Source of the DNA: Eledone cirrhosa
Lineage: Eukaryota
Assembly: GCA_964016885.1 (NCBI GenBank)
Contig: OZ024755.1
Span: 15,314,001-15,378,000, forward strand
Direction of reading: 5' to 3'
Length of the DNA stretch: 64,000 nucleotides
Of this stretch, positions 45,048 to 60,883 are shown piece after piece (positions within the stretch are counted from its first letter, which is position 1; each line of letters begins with the position of its first letter). Made by a program: the position numbers and the translations under genes. The notes beneath the pieces are model-generated. The model was not told the origin of the DNA, did no database searches, and was given only the letters and a program-made list of their open reading frames with translations.

Positions 45048-45240
45048 TGACTTGGCAAGCTATTTAGAACACTGGTTTGAGAGCTTCCCTCTGAAGAAGA
45101 GATATTATCTCGAAAATTAAAGACATTTAAATAAATCTAAGGTAAAAGTCTAATTGACAACAATATCTTTTGCATTTGCATTCTTTATTCTATGTCCATA
45201 CCTGCATAGTTTTGGCTTTATTATACATATACAAACGTTT
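45048..45240 (+). mobile_element. PLE-type end remnant with hammerhead core (family of 30024-30440)
   Basis: CTGAAGA-a-GAGAT-att-ATCTC-GAAA-at-TA at 45091-45119. Confidence 0.75.
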
Positions 45241-45401
45241 ATATATGTATATATATATATACATATATATACATATATATATATATATACATATATATAC
45301 ATATACATATATACATATATGTATATACATATATACATATATGTATATACATATATATATGTATATACATATATACATATATGTATATACATATATATAT
45401 G

Positions 45402-45440
<39 letters not shown>

Positions 45441-45442
<2 letters not shown>

Positions 45443-45790
45443 CATCATCATCATCATCAACGTTTAACGTCCGTGTTCCACGCTTGCATGGGTTTGGACG
45501 GGGGTAGTCCCACTTGAGGCAAGAGTGATTGTCTTGCTCGCATAGGACTGTCTGGCAGGTTTTCTACAGTTGGATGCCCTTCCTAACACCAACCACATTT
45601 ACAGTGTGGGTCTGGGAGGTTTTTACCGTGTTGCCTACACGGCCACATTACAGCGTGGACTGTGTGTTTTTTTGTTGTGACACCTACACGATCTCATTTG
45701 TTGGTGCCTCGATGGCGCGGCACCAACATAACTTTACATAGAACGGGGTGGTGTGGATGGGGTGGGGGTGGTGGTGGTGGGACGGGGTAT
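45441..45790 (-). mobile_element. 3' UTR fragment of an RTE-family element with (GAT)n tail
   Basis: Similar to 45851-46130 (GGATGCCCTTCCTAACACCAACC block) with a (CAT)n run on the plus strand. Confidence 0.75.
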
Positions 45791-45814
45791 ATATATATAT
45801 TTATATGAATGTAT

Positions 45815-45850
<36 letters not shown>

Positions 45851-45852
<2 letters not shown>

Positions 45853-47973
45853 TCATCATCATCATCATCACCGTTTTACGTCCGTTCTTCCACGCTAGCA
45901 TGGGTTAGACGGGTTGTCCTGTTGTGGGCAGTGTCTGGTCGGCTGACCATGCCTTGCTCATACAGGAACTGATCTGGCTTGATTTCCACAGCTGGATGCC
46001 CTTCCTAACACCAACCTCATTTACAGTGAGTGCTGGGTGCTTTTTCGTGGCGCCTACACGTCCACTTTACAGTGTGGGCTGGGTGCTTTTTTGCCGTGGC
46101 ACCTCCACGACCACCTTGCGGTGGGGGGGGGGGCATATTGTTTATATGCTTCAGCATGTACCCATGGGAGGTCGGGTACCCTGTATTACTGCGTGACGCC
46201 AGAAGTCACGGTCGTGTGTCATTGACTTTGAGAGGTGTAGTTGGGTAAGGTCGGCTTTTATCACCTCATCCCAAGTCATCTTGGGTCTCCCCACTCCGCG
46301 GTTTCCATCAACTTCTAGTGCTCTGCACCTTTTTATGCAGCTGTCATCCTTCATACGCATCACATGTCCATACCAGCGTAACCGCCTCTCCTGCACGCAG
46401 CATTTGATTCCTCTTATGCTCAGTCTCTCTCTCAATTCATTTATGCTTTGTCGTTCACGTATATTACTGTTACACATCCATCGGAGCATGCAGGCTTCGT
46501 TTCTCTCTAATCTACGTAAGTCTTCCACCTTCAGCGCCCAGGTCTCACTACCATGCAACATCGCTGTTCGGATACACGCATCATACAGTCTGCCTTTCAT
46601 TCTGAGGGAGAAGCCTTTTGCAGCTAGCAGTGGTAGTAGTTCCCTAAACTTCTTCCATCCCGTTCTTACCCTAGTTATTGTACTTTCTGAGCACCCACCT
46701 CCGTTGCTAATTCGGTCACCTAGGTAGCAGAAGCTGTCTACTGTTTCTACAGGGCCCTCCCAGAGATTGGTGGTACTTGTTTCCTGTGGCTGTTTGCTTG
46801 CTGTTTCAGCACAGCTGCTGCATGTGAATCCTACATTCTTAATTAAGCTTCCTGAGATCCCGCTACATCTCTTGTGTACCCATTGTTTGCATTTGGGGCA
46901 GAGAATGGAGTTCCTACCTACACCTTTCCTACATACTGAGCAAGGCCATTTCCCTGAGGGGATCTGGGTTCTGTTTTCTCGTCTACTTATAAGGACCTTA
47001 GTCTTTGTCATGTTGACTTTGAGGCCCTTTCTCTCTAGTCCCTGCTTCCAGGTTTGGAATTTATTCTCTAGTTCTACCATAGATTCAGCTATGAGTGCGA
47101 GGTCATCAGCATACAGGAGTTTCCATGGGCATCCGGTCTTAAACTCCTCCGTTATTGCCTGCAGGACTATGATGAACAGGAGAGGGCTAAGAACAGAGCC
47201 CTGGTGGACCCCAACCTGTACGCTAAATTCCTCGCTATACTCATTGCCAATCCTAACTTTGCTGACTGCTCCCCTATACATGGCTTGTACCGCTTTCACA
47301 AGCCATTCATCTACTCCTAGTTTTCTAAGAGCCCACCAGATTACTGCACGTGGAACTCTGTCAAAGGCTTTCTCAAGGTCGACAAATGCCAAGTAGAGTG
47401 GCTTACTTTTAGCTAGGTACTTTTCCTGTAATTGCCTCACAAGGAAGAGCGCATCAGTGGTGCCTTTCCCTGGTACAAACCCAAATTGCATCTCGTCTAT
47501 ATTCACCCGGTCCCTAATCAGCTGTGCTATAACTCTTTCTGTTACTTTCATGACCTGGTCCATCAACTTTATACCTCTATAGTTTCCTCTATCTAGTGCA
47601 TCGCCTTTACCTTTGTAGCAGTTGACAATGATGCTACTGCACCAATCTTTTGGTATGGCCCCCTCTAGTATTACCTGGTTAACGATACGTGTGGTTATAG
47701 TGTGACCTACAGACCCAGATGCCTTCAGCATCTCGGCAGCTATACCCGATGGACCGGTTGCCTTCCCTATCTTCATATCTCTGATTGCCTTACTTACTAC
47801 GCTGCCGCTGACTTGTACTGCTGGTCCCTCTATAGGGTCTACGTGGGGTAGGGTCTCTTCTTCCCATGCATTCTCCTCATTTAGTAATCTATCATAATGA
47901 CTCTTCCATGCATCTTTCTTCTCAGCACTTGTGAGGGCAAGCTCACCTTTATCATTCCGGATACACTTCTCTA
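45851..47973 (-). mobile_element. RTE (BovB-like) LINE, 5'-truncated, (GAT)n tail
   Basis: RT ORF plus 3' UTR. Flanked by TA microsatellite. Confidence 0.95.
46151..47972 (-). CDS. RTE reverse transcriptase with inserted PHD-like zinc finger (real part of the 1340-aa ORF)
   Basis: [66 protein letters not shown] and RRLRWYGHV. No stops. Confidence 0.93.
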
Positions 47974-48070
47974 TATACACTTCTATACACTTCTCTATAT
48001 ACACTTCTATACACTTCTCTATATACACTTCTATACACTTCTCTATATACACTTCTATACACTTCTCTAT
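47961..48070. repeat. 24-bp tandem repeat at the RTE 5' junction
   Basis: (ATACACTTCTCTATATACACTTCT) about 4.5 times. Confidence 0.92.
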
Positions 48071-50170
<2,100 letters not shown>

Positions 50171-50366
50171 CATACTTATACGTGTACATACTTATATTTA
50201 AGTAACAGCCGTACTAAGAGTGGGAAATGAAATATCGTTTCATTTTTTCCGTTTATCGTTTTCGGTGCACCCGGCCGATTAACCCACTCGATATGCAAAT
50301 TGGGCTACTCAGCCGTTAATATGCATAAGGTAAGTATATACGTTCAACAATCTGGCAGGAAGGTAT

Positions 50367-50409
50367 ACGTTGCTGACGATAGCTAACAAGCTTGAAACTA
50401 GTACAGCGT
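50367..50409 (+). ncRNA. Minimal type I hammerhead ribozyme
   Basis: ACGTTG-CTGACGA-T-AGCT-aaca-AGCT-T-GAAA-CTAG-TA-CAGCGT. Complete core, palindromic stem III ACTAGT and GUA cleavage triplet. Confidence 0.88.
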
Positions 50410-50690
50410 TCCTTTGTCAGTGTTGAACAAACGAGCAACGGTGGTTGCTAGACACTACGGCTTAATACGGGATGTTTGTTTACAAACACACCGAGCATTA
50501 TAATAAATGTTCGGTGAATCCATACGTGCATATATATATGTGTGCATGTATGTATATATATATATACATACTACTGTACGTCGGTATACATATATGTATG
50601 TACGTGTACATACTTATATATATATATATATATATATACATATGTATATATGTATATATATATATATATATATATCTACATATGTATATA

Positions 50691-50729
<39 letters not shown>

Positions 50730-50736
50730 GTATATA

Positions 50737-50775
<39 letters not shown>

Positions 50776-50860
50776 GTATATATATTTATATATACATATA
50801 TATATATATATATATAAATATATATACATATGTATATATATATATGTATATATATATATG

Positions 50861-50910
<50 letters not shown>

Positions 50911-51004
50911 TATATACATATGTATATATATTTATATATACATATATATATATATATATAAATATATATACATATGTATATATATATATGTATATATATA
51001 TATG

Positions 51005-51053
<49 letters not shown>

Positions 51054-51088
51054 GTATATATGTATATATATATATATATGTATATATG

Positions 51089-51191
<103 letters not shown>

Positions 51192-51192
51192 G

Positions 51193-51293
<101 letters not shown>

Positions 51294-51949
51294 GTATATG
51301 TATATATATATATACGTATATATATATATACATATATATATATGCACATATATATATATATCCACACACACACAATCACACACCGCAAATTTAACATCAA
51401 CTATATTCGAGTGTGGTAGTGTGGAAACTGGATTCGTTTTTCATTATTCGGTTCTCCTTTATTCGGTTTCCTTGGTTACTATATTGATTGATTAGGGCTG
51501 AATCATTTTTGGAACAATTAAATAGTGTGATAATCTACCAATAAAGATTGAGATTAAGTTATATTCTACCGATAATCAATTGTAGCTATTGAACACGGCA
51601 TTAGTATCTGATTGTTTTATACGTGACTTGGGCGTGTTTGCTAAATGAAATGCAAATATACATCCTTATATAAATATACACATACATAGACATATACATA
51701 CTTAACTATGTATGTAACTACATTTATTCATACAGTCAGATATTCATGTATATATATATATATATATATATATACAGACACACACACAGGAATGTACACA
51801 AAGCTACGAACACACAGATATATGCACACGCACACATGCATATATACATATATATATGTATATACATATATATATATATATATTTATATACATATATATA
51901 TATATATATTTATATACATATATATATATATATATACATATATATATAC

Positions 51950-51983
<34 letters not shown>

Positions 51984-52149
51984 TTATATCCATATATATA
52001 TATATATTTATATACATATATATATTTATATACATATATATATATATTTATATACATATATATATATATATATATTTATATACATATATATATATATATA
52101 TTTATATACATATATATATATATATATTTATATACATATATATATATAT

Positions 52150-53451
52150 ATTTCGTTTCTGAATTTGTTTAGCAAGATTCTTTATCTGAAATCGTGTGTT
52201 GAAACCGATATTGTTATACTTTGGGAGGGTCATGTTGCCAATAAGAAACACACGCACCAGTTTCGTTCACTTCAATTTATTATATATTTATAAATTTACA
52301 AATTTATAAATTTATAAATTTCTGGTTGGATGGTTGGTTCCACAACCAGATAGTTGTTTATATATAGTCATAGTTCTTTCGTCACACACTCTGTGACCTC
52401 TTCAGTGACTGGGGATTCCTTTCTTTGTTTCTGTGCCTCTCCTTTGTTCTGTCCTACGCTATTTTGTTTCTGTGTGTGTGTTGTGTGCTCAGTCTGCGCA
52501 TGCGCCACATCCGGGTGTCTGTGTGTGTTTATGTTCATTTATTTATTTGTTTATTTACATGTTACTGGTTGGTTGTTTGTTCTATGTGTGTGTGTGTTTT
52601 CATTTTGTCCTTAATTGTAAGTTGTGATGTTGCTGTTCCACTTATATTTTCTATTTAATTTTGTTTGTAATTCTTTTATGTTTATTGCCTCTGTAATTTG
52701 TCTAAACATTGCGTCTTTTCTGTGTAGATTCTATTTTTATTTCTATGTTCTCTAATTTACCCTTGTGTTCTATCTTAGCATGTTGGTAGAGTACAGATGA
52801 TTCTTTATTATCTTGAAGGTCTCGCCAGTGTTCATTTATCCGTTCCCCTACACTAAGATCTGTATCACCTATGTACACTATATTTTTGTCTCTACATTGT
52901 CCTTCAGTACATCTTATGCTATACACTACATTTCTAGTTTTACAGTTAATATGGGGGCTTATTTTACAGGTTATACATTTATCTATACATGAGGGTCTTT
53001 GAAAAGGGTATGTCTTGCTAATAAGTGTTTTTACGGAGGTACCTGGTTTTCTACTATCTTAATATTGAGTTTATGTTTATTTAGGGCCCTTCTAAATTTG
53101 TAAGCTAATTCACCTCTAGGTGTTGTATTGATGAACATTACACTCTGGTATTTATTGCTATCATACCATGAGTTTATTCTATTAGCCTTGTTCCTAGTTC
53201 TTTCTATTCTATTCCAAAATTTGCTCCTATACAAGGGGCAGGTCCCATTTATGTCATTATTTACCATTTTTTACCATTTGGTTCTGGCTCCTCTATACAC
53301 TCTGATTTTATCTCTCTGATTGTAGCCAGAGAACTGCATACGGTGGAGGAAGTGTTGTATGTGTCTCTCTAGTTCTTTGGGGTTGCACATGCGGGACACA
53401 TTTCTCATCACCCGTACCAAATCCGCAATCAGTATGCTGATTTTGGTATGG
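52150..53451 (-). mobile_element. Older degenerate copy of a sister PLE family (related to 5628-9358)
   Basis: Frameshifted homology: ILIADLVRVMRNVSRMCNP, CPLYRSKFWN, KYQSVMF, YSIRCTEGQC..YIGDT..GERINEHW and SVLYQH. Conserved terminus. Confidence 0.92.
52366..52410 (-). ncRNA. Minimal type I hammerhead ribozyme in the PLE terminal repeat
   Basis: AGTCA-CTGAAGA-G-GTCACA-gagtg-TGTGAC-GAAA-gaac-TA-TGACT. Confidence 0.85.
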
Positions 53452-53463
53452 TTTAATATAGAT

Positions 53464-53512
53464 GAGATTCTACAAGACTAGAACTGTTTCATTCTTTAGA
53501 AATCATCAGGAA

Positions 53513-53516
<4 letters not shown>
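53464..53516 (-). ncRNA. Type I hammerhead ribozyme (family of 23261-23470)
   Basis: GAGATTC-CTGATGA-T-TTC-taaa-GAA-T-GAA-ACAG-ttctagtc-TTGT-A-GAATCTC. 7-bp stem I and GUA triplet. Confidence 0.82.
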
Positions 53517-53527
<11 letters not shown>

Positions 53528-53544
<17 letters not shown>

Positions 53545-53698
53545 CATATATACATATATACACATATATGTATATATATATACATATATATACATATATA
53601 TATATATACACATATATATATATATAATACATATATATACATATATATACATATATATATATATATATACATATATATACATATATATATATATACAC

Positions 53699-53731
<33 letters not shown>

Positions 53732-53776
53732 CACATATATATATATATACATATATATATATACACATATATATAC

Positions 53777-53807
<31 letters not shown>

Positions 53808-53864
53808 CATATATATATATACACATATATATATATACACATATATATATATATACATATATAC

Positions 53865-53895
<31 letters not shown>

Positions 53896-54053
53896 CATAT
53901 ATACATATATATATACATATATACATATATATATATATATACATATATATACACATATATATATATACATATATATATACATATACACATATATATATAT
54001 ATATACTATATATATATACACATATATATATATACACATATATATATATACAC

Positions 54054-54084
<31 letters not shown>

Positions 54085-54124
54085 CACATATATATATATA
54101 TACACATATATATATATATACACA

Positions 54125-54212
<88 letters not shown>

Positions 54213-54229
54213 CATATATACATACATAC

Positions 54230-54262
<33 letters not shown>

Positions 54263-54607
54263 CATATATACATACATACATATATATATATATACATATA
54301 TACATACATACATATATATATATATACACATATACATACATACATATATACATATATATATACATATATATATACATATATATATATATATACATATATA
54401 TATACATATATATATATATACATATATATATACATATATATATATATATACATATATATATACATATATATATATATATACATATATAAATACATATATA
54501 TATACATATATATATATATATACATATATATATACATATATATATATATATACATATATATATACATATATATATACATATATATATATATATACATATA
54601 TATATAC

Positions 54608-54638
<31 letters not shown>

Positions 54639-54834
54639 CATATATAAGATATATATACATATATCATATACATATATATATACATAATACATATACATAT
54701 ACATATATATATACATATATATATACATATATATATATATACAATATATATACATATATATATATATACATATATATATACATATATATATATAATACAT
54801 ATATATATACATATATATATAATACATACATATA

Positions 54835-54866
<32 letters not shown>

Positions 54867-55132
54867 CATATATATATACATATATATACATATATATATA
54901 CATATATACATATATATATACATATATACATATATATACATATATATATACATATATATATATATACATATATATATACATATATATATTACCATATACA
55001 TACATATATATATAATACATATATATATATACATATATACATATATATATACATATATACATATATATATACATATATACATATATATATTATATATTAC
55101 ATATATATATACATATATACATATATATATAC

Positions 55133-55167
<35 letters not shown>

Positions 55168-55394
55168 CATTATATATACATATATACATATAGTATATAC
55201 ATATATACATATATATATACATATATATATACATATATACATATATATATACATATATACATATATATACATATATATATACATATATACATATATATAT
55301 ACATATATATACATATATATACATATATACATATATACATATATATATATATACATATATACATATATATATATATACATATATATACATATAT

Positions 55395-55427
<33 letters not shown>

Positions 55428-55722
55428 TATATACATATATATACATATATACATATATATATATATATACATATATACATATATACATATATATACATAT
55501 ATACATATATACACATATATATATACATATATATACATATATATACATATATATACATATATATATACATATATACATATATATACATATATATAATACA
55601 TATATACATATATACATATATACATATATATATATACATATATATACATATATATACATATATACAGTATATATATACATATATATACATATATATATAC
55701 ATATATATACATATATATATAC

Positions 55723-55755
<33 letters not shown>

Positions 55756-56231
55756 CATATATATATACATATATATATACATATATATATACATATATAT
55801 ATATACACATATATATACACATATATATACACATATATATATACATATATATATACATATATATATACATCTATATATACATCTATATATACATCTATAT
55901 ATACATCTATATATACATCTATATATACATCTATATATACATCTATATATACATCTATATATACATCTATATATACATCTATATATACATCTATATATAC
56001 ATCTATATATACATCTATATATACATCTATATATACATCTATATATACATCTATATATACATCTATATATACATCTATATATACATCTATATATACATCT
56101 ATATATACATATATATATACATATATATATACATATATATATACATATATATATACATATATATATACATATATATATACATATATATATACATATATAT
56201 ATACATATATATATACATATATATATACATA
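53528..56231. repeat. Compound TA/TACA microsatellite, with a homogeneous 12-mer (ACATCTATATAT)n at about 55870-56100
   Basis: Direct inspection. Confidence 0.98.
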
Positions 56232-56308
56232 TAACTTTGAAATGTTTTGGCCAGTATTGGCCCAGGCCATGTCTAACTTAATAGCACCACCTGGCGAAGT
56301 CTTTCAAT

Positions 56309-59300
56309 TCAGGATTTGGGCACCATGGCCCATTCGAGAAGAGAATTACTGTTTGCGGAGACATATCCGGGTGTGGGTGGTTTGTCCGGGATTACTTGGA
56401 GGAATTTGTCCAAAGACTTCTTGAATTTTGTGTGGTCAGTTTCTGTTTTGACGTGTCCTGGTGTGATGTTGAAGAGAGCAGGGCCGATTGAGGTGAAATA
56501 ATTGTGCCGTATTGTTGTTATGAGTTGCGATTTAGATTTTTGAATGGGACGGATAGCACGGGGCCTAAGCCTTGGGTGTATCTTGAAGGCGATGCCAACA
56601 TCATTTGGGCAGTGATGATGGAACATTTTCCACATCATGCAGATAATATAACGCTCACGGCGACGTTGGAGTGAGTAATGTTTCAGGTTTTCCAATCGAC
56701 CCCAGTAGTCAAGGTCTGACATGCCATCTATCTTTTTCGTGATTGCCCTTTGAGGAGCTTCAAGTTTCATGATACTTTGTTTCGTGTGGGGAGACCACAG
56801 TGGACAACAGTATTCAAGGTGTGGTCGGGCGAAAGTAGAGAAGAGAAGGATAATGGTGCGGGAATCTCTCGACTGGAAGGTTCTGAGGATCCAGGAACAC
56901 ATTCTGCGGGCCATGTCAACTTTGCTGCTTATATGCGTGGTCCAGCTTATGTTGCTGTCCACGGTTACTCCCAAGTCTCTGATGTTGTTAGATGCCACGA
57001 GAGTTTCCCCGGAGGGAAGGGAGTACGGGAGTTTCAGAGCATCCTCTTTTCCAAAGTGGATCAGTTCGAATTTGTCTTCGTTCAGTAACATGTTGTTCTT
57101 TTCTGCCCATTGGGTAACAGCCAGTAGGTCTGACTGAAGGCTTATCCGGTCATCCACGCCATTGATGACCTTTTGGAGCTTGGAATCATCAGCGAAAATT
57201 TTAATGTTGCTGTGTTTGATGATGTCAGTGATGTCATTAATATAGATGATGAAGAGAAGTGGGCCCAACACAGTGCCTTGTGGGACTCCACTACTGACTT
57301 TGGCTGGGCCTGATTTGACTCCCTCAACTACAACATGTTGGGTTCTGTTTGACAGGAAGCTCTTGATCCACTGCAGCAGCTTTCCAGTGACACCAATATT
57401 GGACAGCTTTCTCAGTAGAATGTTATGATCAACCCTGTCAAAGGCCTTGCTGAAATCAAGGTAGATAACATCAGTGTTGGAACCCTCTCCCAAGGCTCTC
57501 AAAATGTCATCAAAGTGATGCAGTAGTTGCGTCAGGCAATCCCTTCCATTACGGAATCCATGCTGGTTGGAGTTCAGCATATTGTTACTCTCAAGGAAGT
57601 GGGTCATTCGCGATCTCACCACTCGCTCAAATACCTTAATGATATGAGAGGTGAGTGAGATTGGACGGTAATTCACGGCAAGGGATTTGTTTCCCTTTTT
57701 GAAAACTGGGACAACAGACTGGGATAGAAGGTTTTCTGGCACATATCCAGCATCCAGTGAGTTCCGCCACAGATTGGCAAGAGGAGAAGCAAGTTGGTGT
57801 TGACACGCCTTCAAGACACAAGCAGGGAACCTATCGGGACCTACTGCTGAATTATGCTTGATTTCCTTTATTGCCGCCAAGACATCAGGGGCGCCAAACG
57901 TTATGTCCGATAAGGTGTAATGGGGAGTAACATCGCCGATACAGCCCAGATCGGCCATATCAGGATTGCTGAAAACAGAGCAGTATTGTTTCTGCAGTAT
58001 CTCACCCATGGTTTTAGCATTGTCTTGAAGAGTGCCATTTTCATCAATTAGAGGGCCAAAAGTAGAGCCAGTGATTTTGTGTTTTTTTGCAAATGAAAAG
58101 AACACTTTGGGATTGAGTTTGATCTTCTCAATGGCCCAGGCCTCTTCAGCTCTTCTCTGATTGTTGATGAGGGACATTATGTTGTTTTGGAGGTTATGTT
58201 TTTTAATCTCTAGTGATGAAATGGCAGTCAAGTTGATGTGTTGCTGCTGACAGTATTTCAGCTTGTTGATTTTTTTGTTCGTTCTCTTAATTTTTCTGAT
58301 GAGTGTTTTTCTATTTCTAGGGATTCTGCTCTTAGATTTGTTTATAGTTCTTAATGGGGTGTGTTTAGCACATATGTTTGTAACAGTGTCCACAAATGTC
58401 TGCCAGGACTTTTTGATGTTAGTGGGTGTATGAGTGTGCGTGAAGGACCAGTCGACATGTGCAAGATCATGACTGATCGCTTCCCAGTTTGCATTGTGGA
58501 AATCCATAGCGTCAAACGGATGGACAGGAGAAATGACATTGGGTTTGTATATTGGACGGTGGAAACTCAGATCACAGAGAACCATGTCATGATCAGAGAG
58601 TAGAGTTTTCTCCACTGCAATATTGTGGATATTGTCAGTGTGATTGCTGAAAATTAAGTCTAGGACGTTTTTGTGGCACCTCGTTGGTTCGAGCACTAGT
58701 TGGGATAGGAAGAAATCATCCATGAAGTCAAGAAGCGATTCCACAGCTTCCCTGTCAGAGGTTGAGGCAGAAGAACCTGGTGGCAGGGTGTTTGTGGACC
58801 AGTCAACTCCGGGGAGGTTGAAGTCCCCCATCATTAAGATGTTGTCAGGGTGACACTCTTGGATGAAACACTTTATGCTGTTGAGGCATTCCTTGAAGCA
58901 TGGTACAGGCGTTTGGGGTGGCCTATAGAGCCCAACTACTAATAGGTTGTTGGTTTGACTGAATACAGTGACTGCCTCACAGTATCCATTAGTGAATATG
59001 TTCATAGCCTCTGTTGAGAAAGAATTATGGACATAAATGGCAGTTCCGCCCTTTCTTCTGCCAGCGCGATCAGCACGGATGGCTTTGAAATTTTTCACTT
59101 TCACCTCGGCTTCCAAGTGGAGGTTACTGAGATGGGTTTCAGTGAGGACGAAGAAAGGGATGTGGTTTGGATGGACATCAATCCAGTCCTCCAGGAATTT
59201 GATCTTCCATTTTTGAGTATTGGTGGAAGGGCTGATGCCTTGGGCGTTAAGCAAAAATGTAGAGGCGAGAGTGGATGGTTTTAATTGTTTTGGTGTGTTG

Positions 59301-59329
59301 TTAATTTGTTTGTTTGTTAATGGCAGCAA
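56309..59329 (-). CDS. LINE ORF2: AP endonuclease plus reverse transcriptase (1006 aa)
   Basis: LTETHL, GGTAIYV, LYRPP, MGDFN, LDLIF and SDH (APE). [33 protein letters not shown] and FADD (RT). RPHLEYC..WSP and LQRRRER (CR1-type C-terminus). Confidence 0.97.
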   Translation of the reverse strand: MLPLTNKQINNTPKQLKPSTLASTFLLNAQGISPSTNTQKWKIKFLEDWIDVHPNHIPFFVLTETHLSNLHLEAEVKVKNFKAIRADRAGRRKGGTAIYVHNSFSTEAMNIFTNGYCEAVTVFSQTNNLLVVGLYRPPQTPVPCFKECLNSIKCFIQECHPDNILMMGDFNLPGVDWSTNTLPPGSSASTSDREAVESLLDFMDDFFLSQLVLEPTRCHKNVLDLIFSNHTDNIHNIAVEKTLLSDHDMVLCDLSFHRPIYKPNVISPVHPFDAMDFHNANWEAISHDLAHVDWSFTHTHTPTNIKKSWQTFVDTVTNICAKHTPLRTINKSKSRIPRNRKTLIRKIKRTNKKINKLKYCQQQHINLTAISSLEIKKHNLQNNIMSLINNQRRAEEAWAIEKIKLNPKVFFSFAKKHKITGSTFGPLIDENGTLQDNAKTMGEILQKQYCSVFSNPDMADLGCIGDVTPHYTLSDITFGAPDVLAAIKEIKHNSAVGPDRFPACVLKACQHQLASPLANLWRNSLDAGYVPENLLSQSVVPVFKKGNKSLAVNYRPISLTSHIIKVFERVVRSRMTHFLESNNMLNSNQHGFRNGRDCLTQLLHHFDDILRALGEGSNTDVIYLDFSKAFDRVDHNILLRKLSNIGVTGKLLQWIKSFLSNRTQHVVVEGVKSGPAKVSSGVPQGTVLGPLLFIIYINDITDIIKHSNIKIFADDSKLQKVINGVDDRISLQSDLLAVTQWAEKNNMLLNEDKFELIHFGKEDALKLPYSLPSGETLVASNNIRDLGVTVDSNISWTTHISSKVDMARRMCSWILRTFQSRDSRTIILLFSTFARPHLEYCCPLWSPHTKQSIMKLEAPQRAITKKIDGMSDLDYWGRLENLKHYSLQRRRERYIICMMWKMFHHHCPNDVGIAFKIHPRLRPRAIRPIQKSKSQLITTIRHNYFTSIGPALFNITPGHVKTETDHTKFKKSLDKFLQVIPDKPPTPGYVSANSNSLLEWAMVPKS

Positions 59330-60471
59330 TGGGAGTTTGTGCAGTGGGGTGATAGTGGAGGGTGGTGCTGGGTGATAGCTCGAATGTTTTTTTCCAGTTC
59401 TTTTGCCAGATTCATTATGGCTAAAAAAGAGGAAGAAGTTTCCTGTTTAGAAGACTGTTGGTGACTGTGGTAGTGGTTATTTTTATGTAGGTTATGGTTT
59501 TTGTTTTTGCTTTTATTTTTAATTTTATTTTCATTTATCCGACGGGTCCCCGGGAGATGGGTAAAGGGACAATCCCGGTCTAAACACAATCTGTCTCGCA
59601 GGGAAAAACGGCAGATTTGTGGATTCCTTGTTTGAGTTATTGGTGGTTGTGTTGGTGTTAAATTAGAGTATGTATTATGGTGGTGGCTGTTTGTGGGGAT
59701 AGATCGTTTTGTCCTAGGTAAATGGGTGAATTTGCAGCCACTATCCGTACATATTCTATAGCGTAGAGAGTAGCGGCAAATGATGGGGTTTCGAGTGGGT
59801 GGGTATGTGGGTGTTGTGAGAGGTGTAGATGATGGTTTGGGTAGGATTTGACGACCTTTGTGGACTGTGGGAGGGAGAGTTCTTGTTCTGGTATTAGAAG
59901 GTAAATTCCTTGACATAGCAGTAGACAAAAATGTTGTAGTAGTAGTAGTAGTAGTAGGCAGAGATGTTGGCAGTGGTGATGATTGGACTGCTGGGCCAGA
60001 GAAAGGATGTGGCGTTTCATGCTGTGAGACAGAGGCCACTGGGGGGTCAATAGTTTCATTTAGTAGATCGGCCATTGTTGATGAATCAAGGAGTGGTTCA
60101 CACTGTTGTTGTCGTTGTTGTTGTTGTTGTTGCTGTTGTTGTTGCTGTAGCTGTTGTTGTTGCTGTTGCTGTTGTTGCTGTTGTAGCTGCTGTTGTTGTT
60201 GTTGCTGCTGCTGGACAGCATTCGAAGAGAAAACACACCGTAGTTTATCCAAATGTTTATTGATTAATTTAAAAGCAATTTCGATTTGCTTTAATTTATT
60301 TTGAATCTGTTGTTCAGATCGAGTTTTCAAAAATTGAACTGTACGTTTAGCAATGTCGTTCAGAGATGAAGCATCTATATTTTCTGTTTGGGAAAGGCAA
60401 TGCCATGTGTTTATTAGAATGTCGATTTCATTATCAGACCAGTTCTGTTTGGATTTTTGCTGGTTAGCCAT
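59317..60471 (-). CDS. LINE ORF1: Myb/SANT-like N-terminus, polyQ tract, two CCCH zinc fingers (384 aa)
   Basis: NWSDNEIDILINTW...RSEQQIQNKLK, a long Q run, CRYSLRYRICTDSGCKFTH and CRFSLRDRLCLDRDCPFTH. Overlaps the ORF2 start by 13 nt. Confidence 0.88.
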   Translation of the reverse strand: MANQQKSKQNWSDNEIDILINTWHCLSQTENIDASSLNDIAKRTVQFLKTRSEQQIQNKLKQIEIAFKLINKHLDKLRCVFSSNAVQQQQQQQQQLQQQQQQQQQQQLQQQQQQQQQQQRQQQCEPLLDSSTMADLLNETIDPPVASVSQHETPHPFSGPAVQSSPLPTSLPTTTTTTTTFLSTAMSRNLPSNTRTRTLPPTVHKGRQILPKPSSTPLTTPTYPPTRNPIICRYSLRYRICTDSGCKFTHLPRTKRSIPTNSHHHNTYSNLTPTQPPITQTRNPQICRFSLRDRLCLDRDCPFTHLPGTRRINENKIKNKSKNKNHNLHKNNHYHSHQQSSKQETSSSFLAIMNLAKELEKNIRAITQHHPPLSPHCTNSHCCH

Positions 60472-60482
60472 TCTAGTTTTGA

Positions 60483-60850
60483 GTGTGTGTGTGTTTTAGT
60501 TAAGTATTTCAATATATATATATTTTTTTTTTTTTTTAATTTATTTTTGATTTATTTTTGTTTTTTGTTTTTCTTGTGTGTGAGTGAGAAGCGTATATAT
60601 ATAAATATGAGTATATATATATATATATATATGTATATTCTGGTTATTTGAAATTAATTAAGTTAATGAAAAGACGAAAGTATATAATAATAATTTGTAG
60701 TTAAAGGAAAATGTACTCACAAGTTCGTGTGTGTGTGTTTTAGTTAAGTATTTCAATATATATATATTTTTTTTTAAATTTATTTTTGATTTATTTTTGT
60801 TTTTTGTTTTTCTTGTGTGTGAGTGAGAAGCGTATATATATAAATATGAG

Positions 60851-60883
<33 letters not shown>

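Noticed and set aside
46281-47396. Plus-strand ORFs of 148 and 209 aa
   Set aside because: Antisense shadows of the RTE RT frame.
59858-60304. Poly-Cys and poly-Val ORFs on the plus strand
   Set aside because: Antisense readings of the CAA/CAG polyQ tract in LINE ORF1.
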